Below, piece after piece: positions 9,640 to 18,436 of a stretch of DNA of 64,000 nucleotides. Origin of the DNA: Bacillota bacterium (lineage in GTDB: Bacteria; Bacillota; Clostridia; Christensenellales; UMGS416); NCBI GenBank assembly GCA_023421955.1, contig JAEZSE010000001.1, positions 13,110-77,109 of the forward strand, written 5' to 3'. The position numbers and the translations under genes are program-made. The notes under the pieces were generated by a model. That model had not been told where the DNA came from. It was given only the letters and a program-made list of their open reading frames with translations, and searched no databases. Each line of letters starts with the position of its first letter. The stretch's first letter is position 1.

Positions 9640-9720
9640 CTTACCTCCCTCTTGAGGGAGGTGCCCTCCTCTATCGCAGCGCGGCGCTGCGATGTGCAGA
9701 GGGCGGAAGGAGTGCTCACG
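9640..9720. repeat. GC-rich palindromic repeat modules (same family as other loci)
   Basis: CCTCCCTCTTGAGGGAGG (9644..9661) and ATCGCAGCGCGGCGCTGCGAT (9673..9693). GGGCGGAAGGAGTGC resembles the GGGCGGAGGATAGC box at 18.2 kb and 62.1 kb. Confidence 0.45.
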
Positions 9721-9741
9721 GCTCTTGTTCCTGACTCAGCA

Positions 9742-11757
9742 TTACAAGGCACTCGTACAGCTAAAATCCAGCCGGACGCTCTCAAACGCTTCCAGTACAT
9801 CGATGCGGACAGTTGCAACGCCGTTCTCCTGTGTGAAGGGGCATTCCTTGCCGCTTACAAGGCTTGCTGCGCGCAGGATGGGCTTGGCACACGGCACTTT
9901 TATGGTGATGTCACGGACTGGCACAGGCTTCAGATAAGAGGTGCCAAAATGGCCTGTGCCATTCACCAGCTGCACCAGGGCATGCCCGCCGCTCGCGCTG
10001 ATGCCAAAGGTGACTTCAACCATGCCGGTGAGGCCCTCGGCCACGCTGGAAAGCCCTGCTATTGATGTCAGCACATCTTTCAGAAGCAGATAGGTATTGC
10101 TGTAACCCTCGCGGAAGTAGAGCTCTCCAGCCTTCCAGGGCAGGGTGACGCACTTGCCTGCTCCAAACCCATTGGCCACGATGCCGGGGTGCTCTGTGAC
10201 CGTGGTGTGGTAGCAGCGTTCCGGTGGGCCGAACATCTGCGGTGCAATCATTTGCAGGTGCCTCTCCGCGCCATCGGAATACTCGTTGTACCAGTAGCTA
10301 TCGCCGAAGAAAACCACGCTCGTTTCATTCAATGAGGGGAGGAGATTCACCTCTGCGTCACCGATCCGGAACATAGCGGAAACCATATCGTCCCGCCGGA
10401 TCACTTGTTGGCGCACACCTGCGCACGTAAGCGGGTTGCCTGCATAGGGCTCAAACTCTTCATCATATTTCAAGCTGTCACCGGAACAGATCAAGCAGCC
10501 GCCGTTTTTCACATAGCAGTCCAGCTTTTCTGTCAGTGCCTTGGGCACCACCTCAACGCCGCCCAGGATGATGGCCTTGTATTTGCCAAGGTCGCCACGC
10601 AGGGCGCTGTCAGCCTCCGCTTCGTCAAACAGGATGTGGCTTTCCGTCAAAGCCCTCATCCAGCCGAACTCCTCCGGAGAGCGGGCCCACTTGTGTGTGC
10701 GGATCACCAGTGCGTCGGCCACCGATTGCATGCCCAGGTAGCTCTGTTCATTCTCCGCGGCAAACCGGAAGACCTCTTTGATCGGCCCGTATCCGGAGCG
10801 GTCCAGCTTGTTGTCCAACCTTCCAATCAGGTAGTAATCGATGCCGCCCAGGTTTGCCAGGTCCTGCCAGAGCCGCAGTTGCTGGAGCTCCGGGTTCACC
10901 GCTACATGCCGGTAATAGAACCCAATGAAGTCCACGGTCGTGTTGCTTGCCGGTACCGCTCCGTCCACGCCCCGGATGCAGCGTGTGTTGGAGGAGGCGC
11001 TGTATTGCCACGACGGTAGCGCTCGGCCATACTCCGTGTTGGATTCCATCCGGTGGAAGTCGATGCCTTCGATCATGATCTGGGGGTTGATCCCGTGCAC
11101 CAGCTCCTCCAGCTGCCGTTTCTGGTCTGCAAGGACGCGGCGTTGAAAGGCGCGGTAGGCCCGAAAGGTGGGGTCCTCCATCTTGGTCGTGGAGGGCAGG
11201 TCCTTGTCGTACTGCTCTTTGAACTTCCGTTTGCAGCTGTCGCAATGGCAGATGCCGTATTGGCGATAGCTGTAGTCCTGCACTTGGAAGCCGCCCATGT
11301 TGATAAACAAGCCGTCGATCGGCAGTGTCTCGCAGACCTCCCGGATGATTCTCAGCGCATAATCCTGTTGGTATCCGCCATTGACGCAGGCGTGCACATC
11401 GCCGTTGTAGTCCACGATGTCGCCGGCTGCGGTGCGGTAGGCCCAACCGGGGTTCTGTTCATAGAAGGGGCGGCGGATCTTGGAAAAATCGGTACGGGCA
11501 AGCACCCGGATGCCGCTTTTATGGCAGAGCCCCATTACTTTCTCCAGGCTGTCGCCTTTCAGATATGGGCTTTGGAAGTGATAAGGCAGTTTGGTCGGAT
11601 AGCTGGCGATGATGCCGGCGGTGTTGATCAGCACCATCGTCGCGCCAAAGTCTTTGAGCTGCCGCACATATTCCTCGGCATCCATATCCAGCATGTCAAT
11701 TTCGCGCAGATTGGTCTGTATCAACCGCCAGGGGGTGTTATGCCACCAATGGTCCAT
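9742..11757 (-). CDS. Putative glycoside hydrolase-like protein (GHL6 / GH42-like TIM barrel plus trimerisation-type domain)
   Basis: N-terminus WWHNTPWRLIQTNLREIDMLDMDAEEYVRQLKDFGATMVLINTAGIIASYPT resembles the hypothetical glycosyl hydrolase 6 family. No signal peptide. Confidence 0.55.
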   Translation of the reverse strand: MDHWWHNTPWRLIQTNLREIDMLDMDAEEYVRQLKDFGATMVLINTAGIIASYPTKLPYHFQSPYLKGDSLEKVMGLCHKSGIRVLARTDFSKIRRPFYEQNPGWAYRTAAGDIVDYNGDVHACVNGGYQQDYALRIIREVCETLPIDGLFINMGGFQVQDYSYRQYGICHCDSCKRKFKEQYDKDLPSTTKMEDPTFRAYRAFQRRVLADQKRQLEELVHGINPQIMIEGIDFHRMESNTEYGRALPSWQYSASSNTRCIRGVDGAVPASNTTVDFIGFYYRHVAVNPELQQLRLWQDLANLGGIDYYLIGRLDNKLDRSGYGPIKEVFRFAAENEQSYLGMQSVADALVIRTHKWARSPEEFGWMRALTESHILFDEAEADSALRGDLGKYKAIILGGVEVVPKALTEKLDCYVKNGGCLICSGDSLKYDEEFEPYAGNPLTCAGVRQQVIRRDDMVSAMFRIGDAEVNLLPSLNETSVVFFGDSYWYNEYSDGAERHLQMIAPQMFGPPERCYHTTVTEHPGIVANGFGAGKCVTLPWKAGELYFREGYSNTYLLLKDVLTSIAGLSSVAEGLTGMVEVTFGISASGGHALVQLVNGTGHFGTSYLKPVPVRDITIKVPCAKPILRAASLVSGKECPFTQENGVATVRIDVLEAFESVRLDFSCTSAL

Positions 11758-11903
11758 GAGTCACCTCAGTGATTTTTTGTTCCAAACCATATTAATCAAT
11801 CCGGGCAAGATTCTCAAGCCAAACCTCCTGTTCATGAGCATAAAGAAAGCCTCCAGCCGCTTTTTCCGCGACGGGAAGCTTTTTCTCTTGCTGAGGGAAC
11901 CGA

Positions 11904-12806
11904 TCAACCTTGCTTGTAGCGTCTGAGCTTCAATGCCGATAGCGCCAGGAACACCACTGCCGTGCCCGCCAATACAATGAGCATGGTGGGCACTGTGATC
12001 ACCGAATCACCCCAGTAGAGCTGAATGCCATACATCCTGGAATAGTCCGCGATTGCTGTAGCCTGGGCATGGGCTGGCACACTGGAGAACACTTCCTTCA
12101 ATGGCTGCTCGCAGAAGATTTGCCGCAGCAGCGCCGCGCTGTGGCTGAAAGGCACCACGTTCACAATCTTCTGCACGAAGGAGGGCAGGATGCCCAGCGG
12201 CACATACACACCAGTGATGAAGCCGATCATTGTGCCCAACAGCGTACTCAGTGTACCAAATGCCGAGCCTGATTTCAGAAATGAAGCCAGCAAAAACATC
12301 GTCGAGGATGACGTGATCACAGACAACACCATCACACCAAACGCCTCAAGCAGCTTCTCTGGCTGCAGGAGATGGCCCCCTCCGGAGAGGATATACAGCT
12401 CGCTCAGCACGAAGGCGATCAAGCTGAACACCAGTGTGATGATCCAGGTGGCGATCAGGTAACTAAGCACCACGGCCGTGCGGCTTGCCGGTGCCACGAT
12501 GAAGTCTGGAAAGCGTTTGTCCTCAATGTCAAACACCATTGTGCCCAGCGCACCAAGGGAAAGCGTGACCGCGTTGATGGCCAGCAACCCTGACATGATC
12601 CACGTGTCCACCAGGTATCGGGCGCTTTCGGTGACCAAGCCATATTGCTTCATCATGCCCTCAATGTTATCCACCTGCACCTTGCCCAAAAAGAGTGCGT
12701 ACAAGCCAATGATGATGATGACGGACAGGAAGGAGAAGAACACGGACATACGGTTGCGTGTATACACCAGGATGTTGCGCTGCGTTAATTTCCAGATCAT
12801 GCTCAT
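11904..12806 (-). CDS. ABC-2 type transporter permease
   Basis: Six hydrophobic segments. 4-nt overlap with the upstream ATPase gene. Confidence 0.75.
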   Translation of the reverse strand: MSMIWKLTQRNILVYTRNRMSVFFSFLSVIIIIGLYALFLGKVQVDNIEGMMKQYGLVTESARYLVDTWIMSGLLAINAVTLSLGALGTMVFDIEDKRFPDFIVAPASRTAVVLSYLIATWIITLVFSLIAFVLSELYILSGGGHLLQPEKLLEAFGVMVLSVITSSSTMFLLASFLKSGSAFGTLSTLLGTMIGFITGVYVPLGILPSFVQKIVNVVPFSHSAALLRQIFCEQPLKEVFSSVPAHAQATAIADYSRMYGIQLYWGDSVITVPTMLIVLAGTAVVFLALSALKLRRYKQG

Positions 12807-13729
12807 TCCTCCCCCTCACCGCGGATTTGGTGCCCGGTCACATTCATAAACACAGTATCCATATTGCCTTTCACCACCTCAAAGCTAGCAACCAACGGCT
12901 CGAATCGCTTCAGGATCGCAAGAGCTTCCAGGCTGTCTTTCACAGGGATGGCGATGGTATCATTCTTGACGGTATGCTGCAAATTGTCCTGAGAAAGCCG
13001 GGCAGTCATGCCGACCATGTCTTTCGGCACCAGGATCAGGCAATCGCTGCTGTATTGATCTTTTAGTGCAGACGGTGTGCCCTGGGCTACGATCTTTCCA
13101 TGGTCAATGATCGCAACGTCGTCGGCAGTGGCGGCTTCTTCCATGTAGTGAGTGGTCAGGAATACGGTCATCTTCTCCTTGCGCTGCATCTCATACAGCG
13201 AGTTCCACACCTTGAGGCGTGTCTGCGGGTCCAGACCCGTGGTGGGCTCATCGAGGAAGAGGATTTTTGGTGTGTTTACCAGCGCCCGCGCCACATCGGT
13301 GCGTCGCCTCTGGCCGCCGGAGAGCTTGCCGTAACGTCGGTCGATGAAGTCGCCTAGGCCCACCACATCAGTGAGGTACTCCACGCGCTTCTTGAGCGCC
13401 GCGCCTTTCACACCGTAGAAGCTGGCGCGCACCTCCAGGTTTTCACGCACGGTCAGCAAGTCGTCCAGCACCGAGTGCTGAAACACCACGCCGATGCTGC
13501 GGCGAATGTCATCATCCTGGCGGCCCAGCTTGTGGCCGTTAATGATGATTTCTCCCTCTGTTTTGGAAAGTGTGGTGCAGATCACATTGATCGTGGTGGA
13601 CTTGCCTGCGCCGTTTGGCCCCAGAAAGGCAAACAGCGCGCCTTGCTCCACTGTGAAGCTGATGCCGTCCACGGCGGTCAGGCTGCCGTAGCGCTTCACG
13701 AGGTTTTTCACTTCGATGATGGCGGACAA
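12803..13729 (-). CDS. ABC transporter ATP-binding protein (DrrA/ABC-2 exporter type)
   Basis: Walker A GPNGAGKST, signature LSGGQRRR, Walker B ILFLDEPTTGLD. Confidence 0.9.
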   Translation of the reverse strand: MSAIIEVKNLVKRYGSLTAVDGISFTVEQGALFAFLGPNGAGKSTTINVICTTLSKTEGEIIINGHKLGRQDDDIRRSIGVVFQHSVLDDLLTVRENLEVRASFYGVKGAALKKRVEYLTDVVGLGDFIDRRYGKLSGGQRRRTDVARALVNTPKILFLDEPTTGLDPQTRLKVWNSLYEMQRKEKMTVFLTTHYMEEAATADDVAIIDHGKIVAQGTPSALKDQYSSDCLILVPKDMVGMTARLSQDNLQHTVKNDTIAIPVKDSLEALAILKRFEPLVASFEVVKGNMDTVFMNVTGHQIRGEGEE

Positions 13730-13985
13730 TATGATACTCCTCCTTATAATTGATGAATGGCTTGCTTATGAACAAATAGTATTATACTGAAGTTTCTTTG
13801 CTTGAAAAGGAAAATCTGCCAACTCCATCAATTTGATGCTCAAATGATACGAATCTGAGGGTCAGATGGTTTACAATGAATGACTACATTGAAATGTATA
13901 GACAAAAACCCACCCAGCGGCATGCGCAGTGGATGGGCAATTGATCACGCGAAGGGGTTATTTTTAGCACTGAAGGAAATGAGGT

Positions 13986-14663
13986 TTATTCTTCGTCTTC
14001 CTGTTCCGGCTCTTCATCCTCATACTCTTCCGGTGCAATTACGATGTGGCGGTAGGGCTCCTCACCCTCTGACCATGTCTCAATGCCATCGTAGTCGGCC
14101 AGGGCGGTGTGGATGATACGGCGTTCATAGCTGTTCATCGGCTCCAGCTCCTGCCGCTCGCCGGTCTCGTCTGCCTTCTCGGCGAGCCTGCGGGCCAGAC
14201 GCACCAGCGTTTCCTCCCGGCGAGCGCGGTAACGGCTCACGTCCAGCGACACATGCCAGTACTTCTCGCTGTCACGGCCCTGGGGGTTCACTACAAGGCC
14301 TGTCAGCAGCTGAAGGGCGTCCAGCGCGTCTCCGTGATGGCCGATCATGGGGCCTACGTTCTCGCCGTCCACATTGATGGTGAGTGTGTCTCCGTTTTCC
14401 TGGATGTCGATGGTCGGTTCGGGCAACCCCATCAGCGTGGCGACCCTGTTCAGGAAGTTCGTGGCGATGCTGACCGGTGCAGACGCCACCGCCACAATTT
14501 CTTTGGCACGCACACGGGCCATCTTGGCACCCAGACCAAGGATGCCGCGGCTGCCTTCGTCCAACACGATGATATCTGCGTTCTCACGGCTCACGCCCAG
14601 TTGTGTCAGCGCGGCGGCGATCGCGTCATCCACCGTCCGCCCGATGCATTCCACTGTTTTCAT
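13986..14663 (-). CDS. khpB: Jag/KhpB RNA-binding protein (Jag_N, KH, R3H) with acidic C-terminal tail
   Basis: Sits immediately downstream of yidC. R3H region MNSYERRIIHTAL. Tail EEYEDEEPEQEDEE. Confidence 0.85.
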   Translation of the reverse strand: MKTVECIGRTVDDAIAAALTQLGVSRENADIIVLDEGSRGILGLGAKMARVRAKEIVAVASAPVSIATNFLNRVATLMGLPEPTIDIQENGDTLTINVDGENVGPMIGHHGDALDALQLLTGLVVNPQGRDSEKYWHVSLDVSRYRARREETLVRLARRLAEKADETGERQELEPMNSYERRIIHTALADYDGIETWSEGEEPYRHIVIAPEEYEDEEPEQEDEE

Positions 14664-14665
14664 GT

Positions 14666-15685
14666 TTATTTTCCCTCCTTGGGATTCTTCTTGCCCTTTG
14701 CCCGCTCCAACCGCTTGGCTTCTGCCTCGGCGGCGCGCTGGGCGGCTTCTCGTTCCTCTTGCTCCTGCTTGGCCTTTTCTTCTTCCAGGCGCTTCGATTC
14801 ACGCATCTTCCAGACGAAGTCAACGCCCTTATAAGTCGCGATCGATACCAGGTTGCTCGTAATCCAGTAGAGCGCGAACACGGCGTTGCTGCCCGCGGTG
14901 AAGAACACCGACATAACCGGGAAGAGATATTGCATCGTCTTACCGGAAAGGGGGTTCTTCGGGGCATTGGGGTCGGTTTGCGCCGCTTGCGGCGGCATTG
15001 TGATCTTGGTCTGCCACCAGCTGGTCAGGCCTGCCAGAAGCGGTAAAATGAGCCAACCGTTGTAATTGGTGGCGGTGCGGGCGATCAGGCCGCTCATCAC
15101 GGCGTTATATTGCACTTGGGTGATGCCCTTGAAATTCTCCAGCAGTGACACTGCTTGGAACGACGGGATGATGGAGGAATTCCAGCCGAAGAGATTGAAA
15201 CCGTTGGGGCCGAAGAACGCCGTGTCCGGAGCCCACACGTTGTGCACCCACAGCCAGGGCTGAATCATCTTTAGCGCGGAATCCAAACCGTTGTTGATCA
15301 CTTCGTTATAGAGTTTGAAGATCTGCTGGCCAGCCATGATGTTCAGCGCGCCGAAGAAAGCGATGAACAGCGGCATCTGGATGAGCGATGGCAGGCAGCC
15401 GGAAAAGGGGCTGGCCTTTTCCTTGCGATACAGCTCCATCGTCATCTGGGCGGCTTTTTCTTTGTCGTTTTTGTACTTTTCGTTGATCTTCTGGATCTTG
15501 GGCTGCAGTGCCGCCTGCTTCTTCATGCTGATCTTGGACCGGATGTCCAGCGGCATCAGCACTATGCGGAACAGGACCGTCAGCACAATGATCGCCCAGC
15601 CGTAATTGGGGATGAAGCTGTACACCCAGTTCAGCACAGTACTAAAAATGGGCACGATGTCTTTGATGATGGGCCAATTGTACAT
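14666..15685 (-). CDS. yidC: Membrane protein insertase YidC/Oxa1 family with Lys/Glu-rich C-terminal tail
   Basis: YidC core (PLDIRSKISMKKQAALQPKIQKINEKYKND, GCLPSLIQMPLFIAFF). Synteny with yidD and rnpA. Confidence 0.9.
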   Translation of the reverse strand: MYNWPIIKDIVPIFSTVLNWVYSFIPNYGWAIIVLTVLFRIVLMPLDIRSKISMKKQAALQPKIQKINEKYKNDKEKAAQMTMELYRKEKASPFSGCLPSLIQMPLFIAFFGALNIMAGQQIFKLYNEVINNGLDSALKMIQPWLWVHNVWAPDTAFFGPNGFNLFGWNSSIIPSFQAVSLLENFKGITQVQYNAVMSGLIARTATNYNGWLILPLLAGLTSWWQTKITMPPQAAQTDPNAPKNPLSGKTMQYLFPVMSVFFTAGSNAVFALYWITSNLVSIATYKGVDFVWKMRESKRLEEEKAKQEQEEREAAQRAAEAEAKRLERAKGKKNPKEGK

Positions 15686-15934
15686 CTATGACTCCTTCCT
15701 TCCGCCTTTTGAGCGGGAGGGCAATATCGGAACCGGGTCGTATCCGCCTTTGAAAAACGGGTTGCACCGCAGCACCCGTTTGGCTGCCAACCAGCCACCC
15801 CTGAGCGCACCATATCGCTCCACGGCTTCCATTGCATACGCACTGCAGGTGGGCAGATAGCGGCAGGAAGGGGGCAGCAGGGGGGAGATGTAGCGTTTAT
15901 ACCCCTTGAGGAGGCTCAGCAGAAGTGCTTTCAA
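15686..15934 (-). CDS. yidD: Membrane protein insertion efficiency factor YidD
   Basis: [31 protein letters not shown] is the YidD signature. A TTG start 9 nt after AAGGAGG is inferred; the track ORF extends to 16036 with no better start. Confidence 0.8.
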   Translation of the reverse strand: MKALLLSLLKGYKRYISPLLPPSCRYLPTCSAYAMEAVERYGALRGGWLAAKRVLRCNPFFKGGYDPVPILPSRSKGGRKES

Positions 15935-16286
15935 CGCACTGCACCTCCTTGAGCAGATTGCCTTTTTCCAGCAGGTGCTGCATCGAGGCGATGACTTCCG
16001 CAAAGGGCAATCCCACCGCCGCAGGCCTGGCCACAAAAACCAATAGATAACCTGTGCGGATGCGCGGCAAATGTATGCGGCAGGCTTCGCGCATCAAACG
16101 CTTGATGCGGTTGCGCACGGTGGCCTTGCCCACTTTCTTGCTTACAGAAAAACCCACCCGCATGGAGCCGGGCGGGCCAGACTTTACATAGACCAGCGAG
16201 AGCGTGCGGTTGGTGCAGGACCTGCCCTTGTTGTAAACATACTTAAATTGCGCGTTTTTTCTGAGGCGGTACCTGGCGCTAAGCAA
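15897..16286 (-). CDS. rnpA: Ribonuclease P protein component
   Basis: [17 protein letters not shown] ... [24 protein letters not shown] start after GGAGGAG is preferred, because the ATG at 16322 lies inside the rpmH-distal hairpin. Confidence 0.85.
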   Translation of the reverse strand: MLSARYRLRKNAQFKYVYNKGRSCTNRTLSLVYVKSGPPGSMRVGFSVSKKVGKATVRNRIKRLMREACRIHLPRIRTGYLLVFVARPAAVGLPFAEVIASMQHLLEKGNLLKEVQCVESTSAEPPQGV

Positions 16287-16320
16287 TGCGCTCTCCTCCC
16301 ATGGCGGCCTGACAGACTTC

Positions 16321-16348
16321 AAAAGGCCGGTTCGACACCGGCCTTTTT
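16321..16348 (-). terminator. Hairpin / partial terminator between rpmH and rnpA
   Basis: Minus strand reads GGCCGG-tgtcgaa-CCGGCC followed by TTTT. Confidence 0.6.
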
Positions 16349-16356
16349 CCTACCTG

Positions 16357-16491
16357 TCAGGCTGTGAGGACCTTGCGACCCTTTTCCCTGCGACGGGCCA
16401 ACACCTTGCGGCCGTTCTTGGTGGCCATACGCTTGCGGAACCCATGCTCCTTCTTGCGCTGGCGTTTCTTCGGCTGATATGGTCTGATCAT
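16357..16491 (-). CDS. rpmH: 50S ribosomal protein L34
   Basis: [44 protein letters not shown] (44 aa). The track ORF start at 16542 is an in-frame extension. Confidence 0.95.
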   Translation of the reverse strand: MIRPYQPKKRQRKKEHGFRKRMATKNGRKVLARRREKGRKVLTA

Positions 16492-16577
16492 AACAGTTTC
16501 CCCTCTTGCATCTTCTTTGGCATTGTTCAGAAAGAATGGCATAAAATGCCCATTGGCACCTGAACAGTTGCCATACC

Positions 16578-16606
16578 ATTATAATGACAAGGGAATGTGC
16601 TGTCAA
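16578..16606 (-). promoter_or_regulatory. Consensus SigA promoter of the rpmH operon
   Basis: Minus strand reads TTGACA, 17 nt, TATAAT: a perfect match in both hexamers and spacing. Confidence 0.8.
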
Positions 16607-16667
16607 CATACAGATTTGGCATGTTGCAACACTTTCCTTTACGTGGAACCACCGTGCATCTGATGAC

Positions 16668-17984
16668 TCACATATTGATCAAATCTGAAAATTCGATATC
16701 CAATCTTTTGTCAAGCGGGACCCGCTCGGCACCGCACTGCGCAATATCGGTTTGCGGCTCGAATACGGGTAGGCGAAAATAGAAAGTGCTGCCCTCGCCC
16801 ACTTTGCTGGTGAACCATATCTTACCGCCCATCAGCTCCACCAAGCCCTTTGAAAGCGCAAGCCCAATGCCCACACCCTCGTTGTTGCGGGTGAGTGATG
16901 TATTGACCTGTCGAAACATGTCAAACATGCTGTCTTTCTTATCGTCCGGGATGCCGCAGCCATTATCTGCTACACATACAGTCAAATGATTGTGCCGGTA
17001 TGCCAGCGAGACAATTACCTGGCCACACGGATTTGTGTGCTTGATGGCGTTTGAAAGTAGGTTCATCAGCACCCGCTCATATTTTTCGTGGTCCATGGTG
17101 ATGGGGAGGGTAGCCATTTCGTTGCGGAATAGGAGCGCGATCCCCCGCTTTCTGGCATAGGCTGTGGCTGATTCCACGATGCTCCTGGTATTGGCCACGA
17201 TATCGCCAGTGAATCTAACACAATGCATGGAACCGGCATTCACCGCGGTAACATCCAGCAGGTTGCTGATCAGGCGGAACATTCTGTATGTGTTTTGTCG
17301 GAGCACCGCCACATTGTGCGTAATTTTATCTCTGTGGCCACAATCCGCCTTCTCCAGATGAATGTCCATCAGATCCAGATCCATCAGCATGATGGAAAGT
17401 GGTGTGCGAAACTCGTGGGAGATATTGGTGAAGAAGTCTGAAATCAAGCTGTTTTTTCGCCTGAGCTCTTCTTCATATTCCTTTCGGGGCGTGATGTCAA
17501 AACAAGATGCGTAATACTTCACCGCCTGGCCGTTCTCAAAGATGTATTTCCCCCTGACCAGTACCCAAACAGTTTGATTGTGATCCGGAATCATTCGAAA
17601 CTCAATGCTGTCATTGGTTTCGCCGATCTTGATCATTGAGTGAAAATGGTCTCTGACCCGGTCTCGGTCTTCCGGATGGACGGCAAGAATGATGCGTTGA
17701 AGCTGCTCGTTGCTGCTTAAGCCCTCAATGTTCAGAAGCCTCGCAAATTTGTCGGAAAATACCAGGTTCTGCCAGTTGCCGATGTCAATGGTAAATGATC
17801 CGATGGATGAGCCATCCAGGATGTCCAGTATGGATTGGGCACTCACTGCGCTGTCGATTGCTGTCGTGTGCAATGTGAGGGTTTCGTAGACGGAGTCAGC
17901 GAAGCTCAAGGAGTTGCGCATACCCATCACCCCTGTTCGAATTGTGTATGAATGGCTGTTGCATTCGATAATTAATTTTATCAT
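16668..17984 (-). CDS. Cytoplasmic PAS-domain sensor histidine kinase (orphan)
   Basis: No TM segments. PAS-like region, H-box SHEFRTPL, HATPase N and G boxes (LLSNAIKHT, DNGCGIP, GIGLALSK). No adjacent response regulator. Confidence 0.85.
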   Translation of the reverse strand: MIKLIIECNSHSYTIRTGVMGMRNSLSFADSVYETLTLHTTAIDSAVSAQSILDILDGSSIGSFTIDIGNWQNLVFSDKFARLLNIEGLSSNEQLQRIILAVHPEDRDRVRDHFHSMIKIGETNDSIEFRMIPDHNQTVWVLVRGKYIFENGQAVKYYASCFDITPRKEYEEELRRKNSLISDFFTNISHEFRTPLSIMLMDLDLMDIHLEKADCGHRDKITHNVAVLRQNTYRMFRLISNLLDVTAVNAGSMHCVRFTGDIVANTRSIVESATAYARKRGIALLFRNEMATLPITMDHEKYERVLMNLLSNAIKHTNPCGQVIVSLAYRHNHLTVCVADNGCGIPDDKKDSMFDMFRQVNTSLTRNNEGVGIGLALSKGLVELMGGKIWFTSKVGEGSTFYFRLPVFEPQTDIAQCGAERVPLDKRLDIEFSDLINM

Positions 17985-18067
17985 ATTTTTGTTTGTATTG
18001 CTATAAATTTGAAAAATGATTCAATTTTGCCACAATTATAAGATCAAGAAAAACATGGAAATGGTGA

Positions 18068-18097
18068 TTGACAACACGCTGCCAAAGGAATTAAAAT
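18068..18097 (+). promoter_or_regulatory. Candidate promoter upstream of the rsgA leader
   Basis: TTGACA, 18 nt, TAAAAT. Confidence 0.45.
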
Positions 18098-18285
18098 TGG
18101 CATATCATGTGAAAAGGAGTGGCTTGCGATGTTGGAGTTTGTGGCGTGGAAGGGCGCGAAAAACTGAATAGGCGGCCATAGTGGCCCATCTCCAACGACA
18201 GCCCCTTATGACACCGCCCCCCCAGTGGGCGGAGGATAGCCAGATCAGGCGCGGCAGATGTCGCGCTTTTTTGTTGGTTTCCAGC

Positions 18286-18316
18286 GCCGGAGGCATGCCC
18301 TCCGGCTTTTGCTTTT
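18286..18316 (+). terminator. Intrinsic terminator inside the rsgA 5' region, preceded by a weaker one at 18249..18272
   Basis: GCCGGAGG-catgc-CCTCCGGC followed by TTTTGCTTTT. The upstream hairpin is GCGCG-N8-CGCGC followed by TTTTTT. Confidence 0.65.
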
Positions 18317-18436
18317 GAACGGACAGGAAGGAGAAATGTTTTATGTGCAAGAGAGATTATGCCTGCGCGCGTAGCGCAATCGTGACCGACAGAACAACGG
18401 AACAGAACTTGAAAAAACGAGGAGAATTGATTCAAT

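Noticed and set aside
16321-16348. tRNA-like GGTTCGA-type sequence (GGCCGGTTCGACACCGGCC).
   Set aside because: It is a simple 6-bp hairpin with flanking A and T runs between rpmH and rnpA. There is no cloverleaf context.
18129-18167. 12-codon leader peptide, or the 43-codon ORF starting at 18343, as real genes.
   Set aside because: They are too short and cannot be validated without conservation or ribosome-profiling data. They are mentioned only as part of the structured-leader observation.
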